Position numbers and translations under genes: made by a program. Positions 18,169 to 28,729 of a DNA stretch of 64,000 bases are shown piece by piece; the first letter of the stretch is position 1, and each line of letters opens with the position of its first letter. The notes under the pieces are model-generated. The model was not told the DNA's origin and made no database searches. It saw only the letters and a list, made by a program, of their open reading frames with translations. Location of the stretch: assembly GCA_046155625.1 (NCBI GenBank), contig JBJXFS010000359.1:35767-99766 (forward strand), read 5' to 3'. The DNA is from Verrucomicrobiales bacterium. GTDB lineage: Bacteria; Verrucomicrobiota; Verrucomicrobiia; Verrucomicrobiales; V1-33.

Positions 18169-19278
18169 ATGAACACCGCTTTTCCCGAAGAACGCCTCCT
18201 CCTGGGACCCGGCCCGAGTCCAGTCCCCGCGCGCGTCCTGCGCGCTCTCGGCGCTCCCACTCTCGGCCACCTCGATCCCCAGTATGTCGCGATCATGGAC
18301 GAAGTGTGCGAGATGCTGCGCCAAGTCTTCCGCACCCGGAACGCCCTGACTTTTCCGGTCAGCGGCACCGGTATGGCCGGCATGGAATGCCTGGCGGTCA
18401 ACCTGCTGGAACCCGGTGACGAGGCCATTGTGGGCGTGAACGGCGTTTTCGGCGGGCGCATGAAGGACGTCATGGAACGCTGCGGCGCCACCGTCCATGC
18501 CGTCGAGGCGCCCTGGGGCGAAGTCATCGGGTCCGACAAGTTCGCCGCCGCCCTCGACCGGCATCCCAAGGCCAAGCTGGTCGGGCTGGTCCACGCGGAA
18601 ACCAGCACCGGAGCTCATCAACCGCTCGAGGGGATGGCCGACATGGTGCATCAAACTGGCGCGCTCCTGGTGGTCGATGCCGTGACCAGTCTGGGCGGGC
18701 ACGACTTGCGGGTGGACGACTGGGGGATCGACGCGGTTTACAGCGGCACTCAAAAGTGTCTAAGCTGTCCCCCCGGTCTGGCCCCGGTGAGTTTCGGCGA
18801 GCGCGCGCTGGCCGCGATGGAGGCGCGAAAGACGAAAGTCCAGTCTTGGTACCTGGACGTCTCGATGCTGCGCAAGTACTACACGTCCGGCGGCGGCGGC
18901 CGCGTCTATCATCACACCGCGCCCATCAACATGACCTATGCCTTGCGCGAGGCGCTGGCCATGGTCCTGGAGGAAGGGCTGGACGCCCGGATCGAGCGCC
19001 ACTCGCGGATGCACCGGCGCCTGCGGTCCGGATTGGAATCGCTCGGCATCCGGTACGTGCCCGCCCGCTCACTGTATACGCTCAACTGCATCCACATTCC
19101 GGACGGCGTGGAGGACGCCCCCATCCGCCGGCGGCTGCTCGATGATTACGGCATTGAAATCGGCGCCGGCCTCGGCGTCATGGCCGGCAAAGCGTGGCGC
19201 ATCGGGCTGATGGGACATGGAGCCACCGTGCGCAACGTGGACCTGGTCCTCGCCGCCCTCCGCGCCGTGCTGGCCTAA
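18169..19278 (+). CDS. class-V aminotransferase (alanine-glyoxylate / serine-pyruvate aminotransferase family)
   Basis: [18 protein letters not shown] at the N-terminus. [22 protein letters not shown] contains the PLP-Lys motif (S-G-x-Q-K). ATG verified at 18169. Confidence 0.88.
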   Translation: MNTAFPEERLLLGPGPSPVPARVLRALGAPTLGHLDPQYVAIMDEVCEMLRQVFRTRNALTFPVSGTGMAGMECLAVNLLEPGDEAIVGVNGVFGGRMKDVMERCGATVHAVEAPWGEVIGSDKFAAALDRHPKAKLVGLVHAETSTGAHQPLEGMADMVHQTGALLVVDAVTSLGGHDLRVDDWGIDAVYSGTQKCLSCPPGLAPVSFGERALAAMEARKTKVQSWYLDVSMLRKYYTSGGGGRVYHHTAPINMTYALREALAMVLEEGLDARIERHSRMHRRLRSGLESLGIRYVPARSLYTLNCIHIPDGVEDAPIRRRLLDDYGIEIGAGLGVMAGKAWRIGLMGHGATVRNVDLVLAALRAVLA

Positions 19279-19290
19279 TCACCGATCGCC

Positions 19291-20982
19291 ATGGTCTGGT
19301 CCCAGCAATACAACCCGCTCGGCCAGCTCTGGCTGTCCGCCCTGGTGGCCGCGCTGCCGGTCGTCGCCCTGCTCGGACTGCTCGCGTTTGCCCATGCGCG
19401 AGCCCACGTGGCCGCGCTTGTCGGATTGGGCGTCGCGTTTTTGATCGCGGTGCTCGTGTACCGAATGCCCGCTCCGCTGGCCGGCATGGCGGCCGTGCAG
19501 GGCGCGTGCTTCGGGTTGTTCCCGATCGGTTGGATCGTACTGAACGCGATCTTTGTATACACCCTGAGCGTCGAGACCGGCCAATTCGCGGTGCTGCAGC
19601 GCCAGATTGCCGCTGTGTCCGGGGACCGCCGAATCCAGGCACTCCTCATCGCTTTCAGCTTCGGCGCCTTCATCGAAGGGGCCGCCGGATTCGGCGCCCC
19701 GGTCGCCATCACCGGCGCCCTCATGATCGGCTTGGGATTCAAACCACTTGAGGCCGCGAAACTCGCCCTCATCGGCAACACCGCACCCGTCGCCTTCGGA
19801 TCGCTCGGCACCCCGCTCACGACGCTTGCCGACATCACCGGACTCGACCTCATGCAGCTCAGCGCCATGGTCGGTCGTCAACTTCCAGTCTTTTCGCTTA
19901 TCGTTCCGTTCTGGTTGGTCGCCGCCCAAGTCGGATGGCGCGGCATGGTCGCCATCTGGCCCGCCTGCTTCGTCACCGGCTTCAGCTTCGGCGTCATGCA
20001 ATTCGTCGTCAGCAATTGGCACGGCCCCTGGTTGGTGGACATCGTCAGTGCGGTCGTCGCCATGGGGGCACTGGTCGGGCTGATGCGAGTTTGGAGGCCG
20101 GGGCCGGATGGGGCTTATGAGGCTTCTGGGGCCAATGAGCTGAGTCCCTTAAGTCCCTCTGGTCCCTTCCGTCCCTCCACCGCCAGGTCCCATGATCCGG
20201 CCCCTCCTACCCGCCCTCCCCTGGCCTGGAAAGCTTGGCTGCCTTGGGCTTTTTTGACTTTGGCGGTTTTCTTGTGGGGGCTGCCCGCGATCAAGAGTGG
20301 ACTGAATGCCGTCTTTAGCCCCGACTTCGAAGTCCCACTGCTCCATCGCGCCGTCGAGCGCGTCCCGCCGGTCGTCCCCCACCCTGAACCCGAAAAAGCC
20401 GTCTTCCGGTTCAACCTCCTCTCCGCCACCGGTACCGCCGCCCTCATCGCCGGTCTGGCTGCCGGCCTCTGTCTCGGATTGTCCCCAGCCCGCCTCGCCC
20501 GCCTCTACCTCACCACCGTTTGGAAACTGCGCATCCCGCTCGCCACCATCGCCCTCATGCTCGCCCTCGGCTATGTCACTCGCTTCTCCGGCACCGACAC
20601 CACCCTCGGCCTCATGATGGCCTCCACCGGCGTGCTTTTCCCGTTCTTCTCTCCGCTCATCGGCTGGCTCGGCGTCGCCCTCACCGGCAGCGACACCTCG
20701 TCCAACGTCATCTTCGGCAACCTCCAGCAAGTTACCGCCAACCAACTCGGCCTCTCCCCGGTCCTCATGGCCGCCTCCAATAGCTCCGGCGGCGTCATGG
20801 GCAAAATGATCGATGCCCAAAGCATCGTCGTCGCCAGCGTCGCCACCAGCGGCCACCCGGAGAGCCCCCACCCAGGCGCCATCCTCCGCTCCGTCTTCTG
20901 GCACAGCATCGCCCTCGCCCTCCTCATGGGCCTCCTCGTCCTCGCCCAAGCCTACCTCATGCCTGGTGTCATCCCCAAATAA
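19291..20982 (+). CDS. lctP: L-lactate permease (LctP family)
   Basis: The N-terminus [25 protein letters not shown].. and ..[29 protein letters not shown].. are typical of LctP/GlcA permeases. Polytopic membrane protein. Confidence 0.9.
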   Translation: MVWSQQYNPLGQLWLSALVAALPVVALLGLLAFAHARAHVAALVGLGVAFLIAVLVYRMPAPLAGMAAVQGACFGLFPIGWIVLNAIFVYTLSVETGQFAVLQRQIAAVSGDRRIQALLIAFSFGAFIEGAAGFGAPVAITGALMIGLGFKPLEAAKLALIGNTAPVAFGSLGTPLTTLADITGLDLMQLSAMVGRQLPVFSLIVPFWLVAAQVGWRGMVAIWPACFVTGFSFGVMQFVVSNWHGPWLVDIVSAVVAMGALVGLMRVWRPGPDGAYEASGANELSPLSPSGPFRPSTARSHDPAPPTRPPLAWKAWLPWAFLTLAVFLWGLPAIKSGLNAVFSPDFEVPLLHRAVERVPPVVPHPEPEKAVFRFNLLSATGTAALIAGLAAGLCLGLSPARLARLYLTTVWKLRIPLATIALMLALGYVTRFSGTDTTLGLMMASTGVLFPFFSPLIGWLGVALTGSDTSSNVIFGNLQQVTANQLGLSPVLMAASNSSGGVMGKMIDAQSIVVASVATSGHPESPHPGAILRSVFWHSIALALLMGLLVLAQAYLMPGVIPK

Positions 20983-21048
20983 GAATCGGTTGTCCTCGCG
21001 TGGGCCGGATTTCCCTCGCGGGAGGTACGCGACACCGCTAACAAGAAA

Positions 21049-21201
21049 ATGATGGCTGACACCCGCATCGCCAGCATGTCCGAGCAAACCAAAGGGCGCT
21101 TCGATTGCCATCGCATGGCCTACGGTGGCTTCCGCTCCATCGCCTGCACCAAAACCCGCGCTACCTCTCGGCCTCTCGGCCAGGGCGTTTTCATCTATTG
21201 A
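21049..21201 (+). CDS. possible small protein (50 aa), no family recognised
   Basis: Hand translation: MMADTRIASMSEQTKGRFDCHRMAYGGFRSIACTKTRATSRPLGQGVFIY*. Third positions show a strong C/G bias like the neighbouring genes. It falls below the ORF-track length cutoff. Confidence 0.3.
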   Translation: MMADTRIASMSEQTKGRFDCHRMAYGGFRSIACTKTRATSRPLGQGVFIY

Positions 21202-21224
21202 AGCAGTGGCTTGATCTTAAACGA

Positions 21225-21530
21225 CAAATCAACATCGCGAAAACCTAAGGGAGCCGAAGGCTTTCGGACTGGGAGCATCCCAGCGCTTCGGGGCGGAGCG
21301 CCCTCTCTGCGAAGGAACTTTCGCCCGAAAGAGCGGCAATGCTTGCCGAAGTCCACGAATATCAACGATTTCGGCGTAAGACGGGTCGTCCAGAAACTTC
21401 CCCGCCGACCCAGTTATCTCCGAGAAGCGCGTGAGCCTCACGCCTCGACAGTACGAATGGCTTGCTCGAGAATGAAAATGCCCTGGCCTTTCGGCCAAAC
21501 GACTGAAATCATGCTTGATTGTGCGGCATG
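21225..21530. ncRNA. candidate structured RNA region (class unknown, strand unknown)
   Basis: Lower-GC intergenic stretch packed with at least 9 short perfect hairpins. Examples: ccgaa-ggct-ttcgg, ctggga-gca-tcccag, gggcg-gag-cgccc, gcgaa-ggaact-ttcgc, cggcaa-tgc-ttgccg, gcgtgag-c-ctcacgc, ggcc-tttc-ggcc. No known RNA signature recognised. Confidence 0.2.
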
Positions 21531-21559
21531 AGTGATTATCATGATTTCTTAATAATCCA

Positions 21560-22555
21560 GTGAAAACATGTGATCCCACGGCTCAAGCGGATCCGGAGTT
21601 GAGGCATCGGTCAGAGTGGCTACTCAACGGAGTGGATGTGCCGACGCCGGTCGGCTCGCGCTTTGAGTGTCCGGTGTGCGGCGAATGGCTGACGAGGCCC
21701 GTGGGGACGGGCGAGATATTTGTGGAATGCACGGCATGTGGTTCTGGGGTGGTGGCGCCCCAGCCGGAGTACGGATGTCGCGCCATGCCCTATCGCGATT
21801 GGTTGCGACTGCAACAGATCGACTGGGAGTTGGAGAAGCCGCGCTCGGCGGAGCGCGTTGTCGCGGGCGATACCCGGGGGCCACGCCTGGAATTGCCTTC
21901 GGGCCGAGCGACCTCAGGTCCCATGAAACCGCGCTGGCGGCATTGGACGCCTTGGGCGCTGGCGTCGACACTGGTGGCAGCGGCGGGATGGATGGCTTGG
22001 GCCAACCTGAACCGACCGGTGCCGGCGGCGCAGACTCTCATCGATTCGTTGCTTCATTCATTGCCCAGCGTTCCTCCTTCACCCTCCTCCGCTCCGGCTC
22101 GCTCGCGCACTGCCGAGGCCCGTCCCTTTCCGCTGAATTCCGAGCCGGTCCCCGATGGCCTGGTTCGTGGGCCCAACAGGACCTATGAGCCGGATAAGCC
22201 CCATGTTCCCCGCCTCGCCCTGGCGGATCTCCCTCAGTCTCCCGGGACCGAGCACGGTCCGATCGTGGTGCGGGCAAGCCGAACTCACGATTTTGCGCGG
22301 TCGGCGCCTCCAGAGGAAACTCATCTGTGCTTGAAACTCACTGATCCCGACCAGACGGCACCGGGATTGCGAGCTTATGTTTTGCGATCCGGTGACTCTG
22401 GATCGCTCGCGGACTCCCTGCTGCCTTGGGGCAGGGAACGGCGCGTGCACGTCCGGCTCCGTTGGGAGGCGCCCAACCCGGCCCAAGGCCGGGCCGGCCA
22501 TTGGTTGTTGGTGGAACTCGCCGACGCTGAGCCCACGCTGACCGCCGCACCCTAA
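21560..22555 (+). CDS. hypothetical zinc-ribbon / single-pass membrane protein
   Basis: GTG start. CPVCGEWL...VECTACGSG is a CxxC...CxxC ribbon. The TM segment is WTPWALASTLVAAAGWMAWANL, followed by a Pro/Ser-rich linker and a C-terminal globular part. No family recognised. Confidence 0.55.
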   Translation: MKTCDPTAQADPELRHRSEWLLNGVDVPTPVGSRFECPVCGEWLTRPVGTGEIFVECTACGSGVVAPQPEYGCRAMPYRDWLRLQQIDWELEKPRSAERVVAGDTRGPRLELPSGRATSGPMKPRWRHWTPWALASTLVAAAGWMAWANLNRPVPAAQTLIDSLLHSLPSVPPSPSSAPARSRTAEARPFPLNSEPVPDGLVRGPNRTYEPDKPHVPRLALADLPQSPGTEHGPIVVRASRTHDFARSAPPEETHLCLKLTDPDQTAPGLRAYVLRSGDSGSLADSLLPWGRERRVHVRLRWEAPNPAQGRAGHWLLVELADAEPTLTAAP

Positions 22556-22587
22556 GGCGGAGCCGCATCCTAAGGCGGAGCCGCGCC

Positions 22588-23271
22588 TTAAGGCACCGCG
22601 GGCCGCTCGCCACCGTGGCGGATATCGTGTGCGGTTTCGGCGTAGACGATGTCCTCAGCGATATTCACCGCGTGATCCCCGACGCGCTCAAGACCGCGGA
22701 CGATGAACATTAGATCGACATAGTCATCAATGTGCGTCACGTCTTCCTGTGACCGCCGGATCATCCGGCGGATGGCTTCCGAGTAGATCTGGTCGAGCTC
22801 CCGGTCTCTCGCCTCCAGTGACAACGCCAATTTCAGGTCGCTCACGTTGAAGGCGGCCACCGCATCGCGCAGCATGGCTGCCGCCAGATCGTAGACGCCT
22901 TGAATAAATTGCGCCTCGGGCACCGGCGAGTGGCCATTGATTTTCCGCGCCCGGCGCGCGATCGACACCGCTTCATCGGAAACCCGCTCCAACTGCTGAC
23001 CGATCTTCATGGCCACAAAAACCCGGCGCAGATCGGTCGCCACCGGACTGAACTTCATGATGATGTCCAGCCCCGCCTGGTCGATGGCCACCTCCAGACG
23101 GTCCACCGCATCATCGTCTGCGATCACGCTGTTGCACTGAACATTGTCCCGTTCGAGCAATCCATGCACGGCACTCGTCACATTCCGCTGGGCCAAGCTG
23201 GCCATGCGGATCACGTCCTGCTTCAACGAGCGCAGCGATTCCTCGAAGGCCTGCAGAATATGATGGGACAT
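22588..23271 (-). CDS. phoU: phosphate signalling complex protein PhoU
   Basis: Two PhoU repeats with ..E..VD....I.. patterns: AVDRLEVAIDQAGLDIIMKF, RVSDEAVSIARRA, RELDQIYSEAIRRMI and RVGDHAVNIAEDIVY. Start uncertain (23271, 23313 or 23334). Confidence 0.9.
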   Translation of the reverse strand: MSHHILQAFEESLRSLKQDVIRMASLAQRNVTSAVHGLLERDNVQCNSVIADDDAVDRLEVAIDQAGLDIIMKFSPVATDLRRVFVAMKIGQQLERVSDEAVSIARRARKINGHSPVPEAQFIQGVYDLAAAMLRDAVAAFNVSDLKLALSLEARDRELDQIYSEAIRRMIRRSQEDVTHIDDYVDLMFIVRGLERVGDHAVNIAEDIVYAETAHDIRHGGERPAVP

Positions 23272-23358
23272 GGCTGGAGTGTCGGCGCTAACTTCAAGGG
23301 GGCGAGCGTTCATGACGGGGGACCGAAAAGGCAAAGTGAGACCGTGACTCCTTCGCTG

Positions 23359-23469
23359 CTGTCACCTCGTCAGTGGACGTAGGCCAATATGACGAAGTTG
23401 TCACTTTTAGAGACAATCCGTCGCGCGGCGGGCCGCGTCCACGGGCGATCGGTGACAATTTCGTCATAT
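23359..23469. promoter_or_regulatory. Pho-box-like TGTCA(C) repeats / 18-nt inverted repeat in the phoU-pstS divergent region
   Basis: ctgtcac at 23359-23365. atatgacgaagttgtcac (23387-23404) and gtgacaatttcgtcatat (23452-23469) are reverse complements at 17 of 18 positions. There is a local palindrome ttgtcacttttagagacaa. The half-sites resemble the E. coli Pho box CTGTCAT. Confidence 0.4.
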
Positions 23470-23684
23470 AACTCCAGGCGGTTCATGCTGCGGCCGTTGA
23501 AAACGAACGATAAAGACATGGCGAACGACCCAACCTCGGACGTGTGACGAAACCGTAACCTCAATCCCATTGTGAGTGACGGTCTTGACGGGAAATCATT
23601 CTTTGGAGCGCGCGCCCATCCTCATGCCGGCCGACCGCCCCCTGGTTTACCCTCCGAAACACACTCCATCCGCCACAAACCACC

Positions 23685-24674
23685 ATGACCAAAACCACAC
23701 TCCATCGATTCCTGCGCTCCCTGGCCGGAGGCACGCTGTTCACCGCGCTGGTCCTGACCGCGAATGCCGCCCCAGTCGTCGTCGATCCCGCCATCAAGCC
23801 TTACAAGCCGGTCAGCGGCGTGTCGGGCAATCTGAACTCGATAGGCTCGGACACCTTGAACAACCTGATGACGTTTTGGGCCGAAGGTTTCAAAAAAGCC
23901 TACCCGAACGTCAACATTCAAATCGAAGGCAAGGGGTCGGCGACCGCCCCTCCCGCCCTCATCGAAGGCACCGCCCAACTCGGCCCGATGAGCCGCGAAA
24001 TGAAGAAGGAAGAACTCGACGCGTTCGAGAAAAAATTTGGCTACAAGCCGACCGAAGTGAAAGTCGCGATCGACGCTCTCGCCGTCTTCGTCCACAAAGA
24101 CAACCCGATCAAAGGGTTGTCGATGCAACAAGTTGACAGCATTTTCTCCTCAACTTTCAAAGCGGGCGGCAAGGACGTGACCGCCTGGGATCAAGTTGGG
24201 CTCGCGCCCTGGGCCGGCAAGGCGCTCTCGCTCTACGGCCGCAACAGCGCTTCCGGCACTTACGCCTACTTCAAAGAAGTCGCCCTCAAAAAAGGTGACT
24301 TCAAATCCACGGTGAAAGAGCAACCTGGATCCAGCGCCGTGGTCCAGGGCATCTCCGCCGACCAATACGGGATCGGGTACTCCGGCATCGGATACGTCAC
24401 CTCCAGCGTCCGCGCGCTACCGTTATCAGAAAAGCCCAACGGCAAGTTGGTCGAAGCGACCTACGAAAACTGCCTGAGCGGCGATTATCCACTCGCACGA
24501 TTCCTGTATATTTACATCAACAAAAAGCCTGGCGCTCCGATGGACAAACTCACCGCTGAGTTCCTGAAGTTTGTGGTTTCCAAGGCGGGTCAGGAAATCG
24601 TGGTCAAGGATGGTTACTTCCCGATCCCGGCGAAGGTCGCCACCGAAGTCCAGGCGGCGATCGGCAAGAAGTGA
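23685..24674 (+). CDS. pstS: phosphate ABC transporter substrate-binding protein PstS
   Basis: Signal peptide, then ..[38 protein letters not shown]... and SGTYAYFKE. PstS family, and sits upstream of pstCAB. Confidence 0.93.
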   Translation: MTKTTLHRFLRSLAGGTLFTALVLTANAAPVVVDPAIKPYKPVSGVSGNLNSIGSDTLNNLMTFWAEGFKKAYPNVNIQIEGKGSATAPPALIEGTAQLGPMSREMKKEELDAFEKKFGYKPTEVKVAIDALAVFVHKDNPIKGLSMQQVDSIFSSTFKAGGKDVTAWDQVGLAPWAGKALSLYGRNSASGTYAYFKEVALKKGDFKSTVKEQPGSSAVVQGISADQYGIGYSGIGYVTSSVRALPLSEKPNGKLVEATYENCLSGDYPLARFLYIYINKKPGAPMDKLTAEFLKFVVSKAGQEIVVKDGYFPIPAKVATEVQAAIGKK

Positions 24675-24764
24675 CCCCAGCGCCTCTATCCCGCCACGCG
24701 ATCCAGGGACAATGGGCCTCCGTAATGGTCCGGTCCTTGATGAGCCGAGTACAGCGCCATCCCC

Positions 24765-27026
24765 ATGTCGGCACCCGTTCCCGAACGATTCCTGGTGGCC
24801 AAGGCCACGCTGCGTTTCGACCGCCTGATGACCTTCCTCATCCGGTTCGGTGGCATCGCGATCGTGCTCGCCGTATTCGGGATGTGCCTGTTCATTCTCC
24901 TGGAAGTCGTGCCCCTCTTTCGGGGCGCCCGGGTCCAACCGGCCCGCACTGTCGCGCTGGCGCCCTCGGCTGCCTTGGCCGACCGGCCGGCAATCTTCGG
25001 ACTGGATGAATGGTCGCTGCTCCCATTCACGTTCGACGGCCGCGACACCGTGCGATTCGTCGATGCGACCGGGCGGGAGCCGACGGTCGAGACAAAACTC
25101 GAGTTGCCGGAAGGCGCCATCGTGACCGCCTCGCGCCTGGATGCCGTTGATCAAAAAGTGATGATCGGATTGTCGGACGGTCAGGTCGGCTCGTTCACTA
25201 TCCAATACACGACCGAACTGGCGGCGGACGGACGCCGCATCGTGACCGGCGAAATCGAGATGGGACCCTTTTACCCGCTGGGGGAGCCGGGTCGCGCCAT
25301 TGTCGACCTCGACTTCGGCGGCGCCGGCGAGCAGCAGCTGATTGCGGCCAGGCAGGAGCGCGACGGCCGACTTGAATTGCATGCCCTTCTCCTGCGAGAA
25401 AAACGCAGCCTGCTCGGCAGCGGCGGGATCGAGGAGGTGGCCCGCATTGACCTGACCCCGCAACTCAGGGGACAGCCGACGCGCTTGCTCGTCCCGCGCA
25501 CGGGAGACGCAGTGATCGTGGCGACCACGACGCACACTGTGGAGTATTTCTTCCGCACCGATGACACCCTGTCGCTCCGACAGGAGTTCACGCCCATGGG
25601 TGGCGTCTCGCCGGGCGACGAGGATATCGCCTCGATGGATTTTGTTTTCGGCGACGTGTCTCTGGTCTTTACGAACGCCGCCGGAGCCATGAACCTTTGG
25701 AGCCTTAACATCCCTGCCGGGGGCGACCAGCGCATCTTCGTCCAGACCAAGGTTTTCGACCCACTCCCGGCCGGCGCCTCACTCTTCGCCGCAAGCCAAC
25801 GGAACAAATCGTTCCTCACGGGAAACGGTCGCCATGTGACCCTGCGCCACGCCACCACGGCCACCACTCGCTGGAGCGAGTCTCTGCCGTTCGCCCCAAC
25901 GGCCGTGGCCGTGGATGGGAAATTCGAGCACGCCGGCTTCCTCGACGATCAGGGCGCCCTGCATCTCTACGAAATTCATGACCCGCACCCGGAGGCCGGC
26001 ATGCCTGCCTTCTTCGGAAAGATTTGGTACGAGGGTGCCACCGGTCCCGACTACGTCTGGCAAAGCACCAGCGGCAATGACGATTTCGAGCCCAAACTAT
26101 CGCTGGTGCCGCTCATCTTCGGCACCCTCAAGGGAACGCTCTGGGCCATGGTCTTCGCGGTCCCGATCGCCCTGCTCGCCGCCATTTACACTGCCCATTT
26201 CCTCCCCGCCGGCATCAAACGCATCGTCAAACCCGCCATGGAAATCATGGCCTCCCTGCCCTCGGTCGTCCTTGGCTTCCTCGCCGCTCTCTGGCTCGCC
26301 CCACTGCTCGAAACGCGCGTCCCATCCGTACTGCTCTGCGTGCTCGGCATCCCGGCCGTCGCCATGCTTACGGGCTGGCTCTGGAGCCGCCAACCAGCCC
26401 GACGACGCGGCCTGCTGCCGCCCGGCCTCGAGTGGCTCGCATTCGCCCCCATCTTGATTGCCGCGATTGCGCTGCTCTGGAATCTCGGACCCTCCCTCGA
26501 TCGCGTCGCGTTCGATGGCGATTTCCGGCAATGGTGGCCGCGGGTGACCGGCGCCAGCTTCGACCAGCGCAACTCGCTGGTCGTCGGCTTCATGATGGGA
26601 TTTGCCGTGATCCCGATCATTTTTACCATCTCGGAAGACGCGTTGGCCGCGGTGCCGCCCTCGCTCACGGCGGCCTCGGCGGCCCTGGGTGCGAGCCGCT
26701 GGCAGACGGTGCGAACGGTGGTGCTTCCCGTCGCCAGCGCGGGCATCTTCTCCGCCCTCATGGTGGGTCTCGGGCGCGCCGTGGGCGAAACGATGATCGT
26801 GGTCATGGCCACCGGCAACACCCCGATCATGGAATGGAATATCTTTAACGGCATGCGCACGCTCGCCGCCAACATCGCCGTCGAACTGCCCGAAGCACCC
26901 GTCGCGTCGACCCACTACCGAACTCTGTTCCTCGGCGCCCTCGTCTTGTTCGGCCTCACCTTCGTCCTGAATACCATCGCCGAACTGCTCCGCCAGCACC
27001 TGCGCGAAAAATTCAAGCTCGTCTGA
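24765..27026 (+). CDS. pstC: phosphate ABC transporter permease PstC (long form with large N-terminal periplasmic extension)
   Basis: The C-terminal ~300 aa carry the ABC permease core, with the EAA-type loop AAVPPSLTAASAALGASRWQTVRTVVLPVASAGIF. The N-terminal ~430 aa extension follows one TM helix. Confidence 0.9.
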   Translation: MSAPVPERFLVAKATLRFDRLMTFLIRFGGIAIVLAVFGMCLFILLEVVPLFRGARVQPARTVALAPSAALADRPAIFGLDEWSLLPFTFDGRDTVRFVDATGREPTVETKLELPEGAIVTASRLDAVDQKVMIGLSDGQVGSFTIQYTTELAADGRRIVTGEIEMGPFYPLGEPGRAIVDLDFGGAGEQQLIAARQERDGRLELHALLLREKRSLLGSGGIEEVARIDLTPQLRGQPTRLLVPRTGDAVIVATTTHTVEYFFRTDDTLSLRQEFTPMGGVSPGDEDIASMDFVFGDVSLVFTNAAGAMNLWSLNIPAGGDQRIFVQTKVFDPLPAGASLFAASQRNKSFLTGNGRHVTLRHATTATTRWSESLPFAPTAVAVDGKFEHAGFLDDQGALHLYEIHDPHPEAGMPAFFGKIWYEGATGPDYVWQSTSGNDDFEPKLSLVPLIFGTLKGTLWAMVFAVPIALLAAIYTAHFLPAGIKRIVKPAMEIMASLPSVVLGFLAALWLAPLLETRVPSVLLCVLGIPAVAMLTGWLWSRQPARRRGLLPPGLEWLAFAPILIAAIALLWNLGPSLDRVAFDGDFRQWWPRVTGASFDQRNSLVVGFMMGFAVIPIIFTISEDALAAVPPSLTAASAALGASRWQTVRTVVLPVASAGIFSALMVGLGRAVGETMIVVMATGNTPIMEWNIFNGMRTLAANIAVELPEAPVASTHYRTLFLGALVLFGLTFVLNTIAELLRQHLREKFKLV

Positions 27027-27031
27027 CCCGC

Positions 27032-28729
27032 ATGCACGCTCCCGCCCCCACCACCGGCCAATCCCGACGAAAATGCCCGCCCGGCGAGGCGCAGGTCTGG
27101 CTGACCGCGCTCGGCCTGACCATGGGCGTGTGCATGATCGTCGGCCTGCTCCTCCTCATCCTCGTCCGCGGCGTGGCCGTCTTCTGGCCCGAGCGAGTCA
27201 CCGAGTTCACCCTGCACCCGGACGCCGGCTCCGCCGTCCAGGGGAAAACGACCGTCGCCGGCGAGATCGTCCGCACTCAACTGCGCCGCGACGGCGGAGG
27301 CGAAGAAATCCAGGTCCACATCGGCAACAAGGATGTCCATGGATTCAATTTCCACTGGATCCAGTCGGCCGACATCGCCAGCCGTTCGCAGCCAGCTGAC
27401 CTCATGGCGCTGGAACGCCTCGAATACGGCGATGCGTTCGCCCGACCGATTGCCCTCGAGGCGGAGAATTCCCCCGTCCTCTCCGCCACCAACCCCGCCT
27501 TCCGTTCCCGACTCGCCGAAGCCGTCGCCCGAGCCGAACACACCCGCGACCGCATCGAAAACATCGAAAAACACCAGATCGGCGCCGTTAACCGCCAACT
27601 GGCCAAGCTCGAACTCGAGTTCAAAACCCGCCCACTCGAAGCTCAGAATCCGGAAACTGCCGCACGTTCGGTCGAATACGAAAACCTCGCCGAAGAAGCC
27701 CGCACCGCCTACGAGCAACGCAAGGCCGTTCTCCAGGCCGATTACGAAAAACTCGCCGCCGAAGCGCGCGAGCTGCGAGCCACGCTGGCCCACTCTTCCC
27801 TGCAATATCGCACGGCCACCGGTGATGAAAAAACACTGGCTGTCGGCGAAATCGTCCGGTTTTACCACCCAAACGAATTGAGTTTCGGCGAGCGCCTCGG
27901 CATTTTCTTCAGCCGGATTTGGGAATTTCTCAGCGAGGAGCCCCGCGAAGCCAATACCGAAGGGGGCATCTTCCCCGCCATCTTCGGCACTTTCGTCATG
28001 ACGGTCCTCATGAGCCTGCTCGTCACGCCGCTCGGCGTCATCGCCGCCATCTACCTGCGGGAGTACGCCAAACAAGGACTGCTCGTGCGCACCGTGCGCA
28101 TCTGCGTCAACAATCTCGCTGGCGTGCCGTCCATTGTCTTTGGCGTGTTCGGTCTGGGGTTCTTCGTCTATACGCTCGGTAGCAAGGTCGATTCCACGTT
28201 CTTTTCGGCGTCCCTGCCCACCCCGACCTTCGGCACCGGCGGCATCCTCTGGGCCTCGCTCACTCTCGCCCTGCTCACACTCCCCGTCATTATCGTCGCC
28301 ACTGAGGAGGCGCTCGCCGCCGTCCCCCGCGGAGTGAGGGAGGCCGCCCTGGCCTGTGGCGCCAGCAAATGGCAGATGATTCAGCGCGTCGTGCTGCCCA
28401 GCGCGGCCCCCGGCGTGCTCACCGGCGTGATCCTGTCGATGGCCCGCGGCGCGGGCGAAGTGGCTCCGCTCATGTTGGTCGGTGTCGTCAAACTCGCTCC
28501 AAGCCTGCCCATCGACGGCATCTTCCCGTTCATTCATCCCGAGCGAAAGTTCATGCACTTGGGGTTTCACATCTACGACCTTGGATTCCAATCGCCCGAT
28601 TCCGAGGCCGCCAAACCGATGGTCTTCGCCACCACCCTCCTGCTCATCGCCCTGGTCGTCGTCATGAACCTCGCGGCCATTGTTATTCGCAACCATTTGC
28701 GCAGGAAGTATGCCGCCAGCACCTTCTAG
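27032..28729 (+). CDS. pstA: phosphate ABC transporter permease PstA (long form)
   Basis: The C-terminal core includes [41 protein letters not shown]. It has an N-terminal TM helix plus a ~250-aa extra domain. Confidence 0.9.
   Translation: MHAPAPTTGQSRRKCPPGEAQVWLTALGLTMGVCMIVGLLLLILVRGVAVFWPERVTEFTLHPDAGSAVQGKTTVAGEIVRTQLRRDGGGEEIQVHIGNKDVHGFNFHWIQSADIASRSQPADLMALERLEYGDAFARPIALEAENSPVLSATNPAFRSRLAEAVARAEHTRDRIENIEKHQIGAVNRQLAKLELEFKTRPLEAQNPETAARSVEYENLAEEARTAYEQRKAVLQADYEKLAAEARELRATLAHSSLQYRTATGDEKTLAVGEIVRFYHPNELSFGERLGIFFSRIWEFLSEEPREANTEGGIFPAIFGTFVMTVLMSLLVTPLGVIAAIYLREYAKQGLLVRTVRICVNNLAGVPSIVFGVFGLGFFVYTLGSKVDSTFFSASLPTPTFGTGGILWASLTLALLTLPVIIVATEEALAAVPRGVREAALACGASKWQMIQRVVLPSAAPGVLTGVILSMARGAGEVAPLMLVGVVKLAPSLPIDGIFPFIHPERKFMHLGFHIYDLGFQSPDSEAAKPMVFATTLLLIALVVVMNLAAIVIRNHLRRKYAASTF

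Noticed and set aside
21225-21530. Assignment of the hairpin-rich spacer to RNase P RNA, tmRNA, SRP RNA, 6S RNA or a cobalamin/TPP riboswitch
   Set aside because: Neither strand contains any of the signature strings I know: GGAAAGTCCGGGC / ACAGAACCCGGCTTA for RNase P, a tRNA-like 3' end plus tag ORF for tmRNA, the SRP domain IV motif, or the B12 box. The region is left as an unclassified candidate.
23370-23570. 66-aa ORF on the minus strand between phoU and pstS
   Set aside because: It sits in the lower-GC promoter region that contains the Pho-box-like repeats. It has no SD, no codon bias and no family resemblance.
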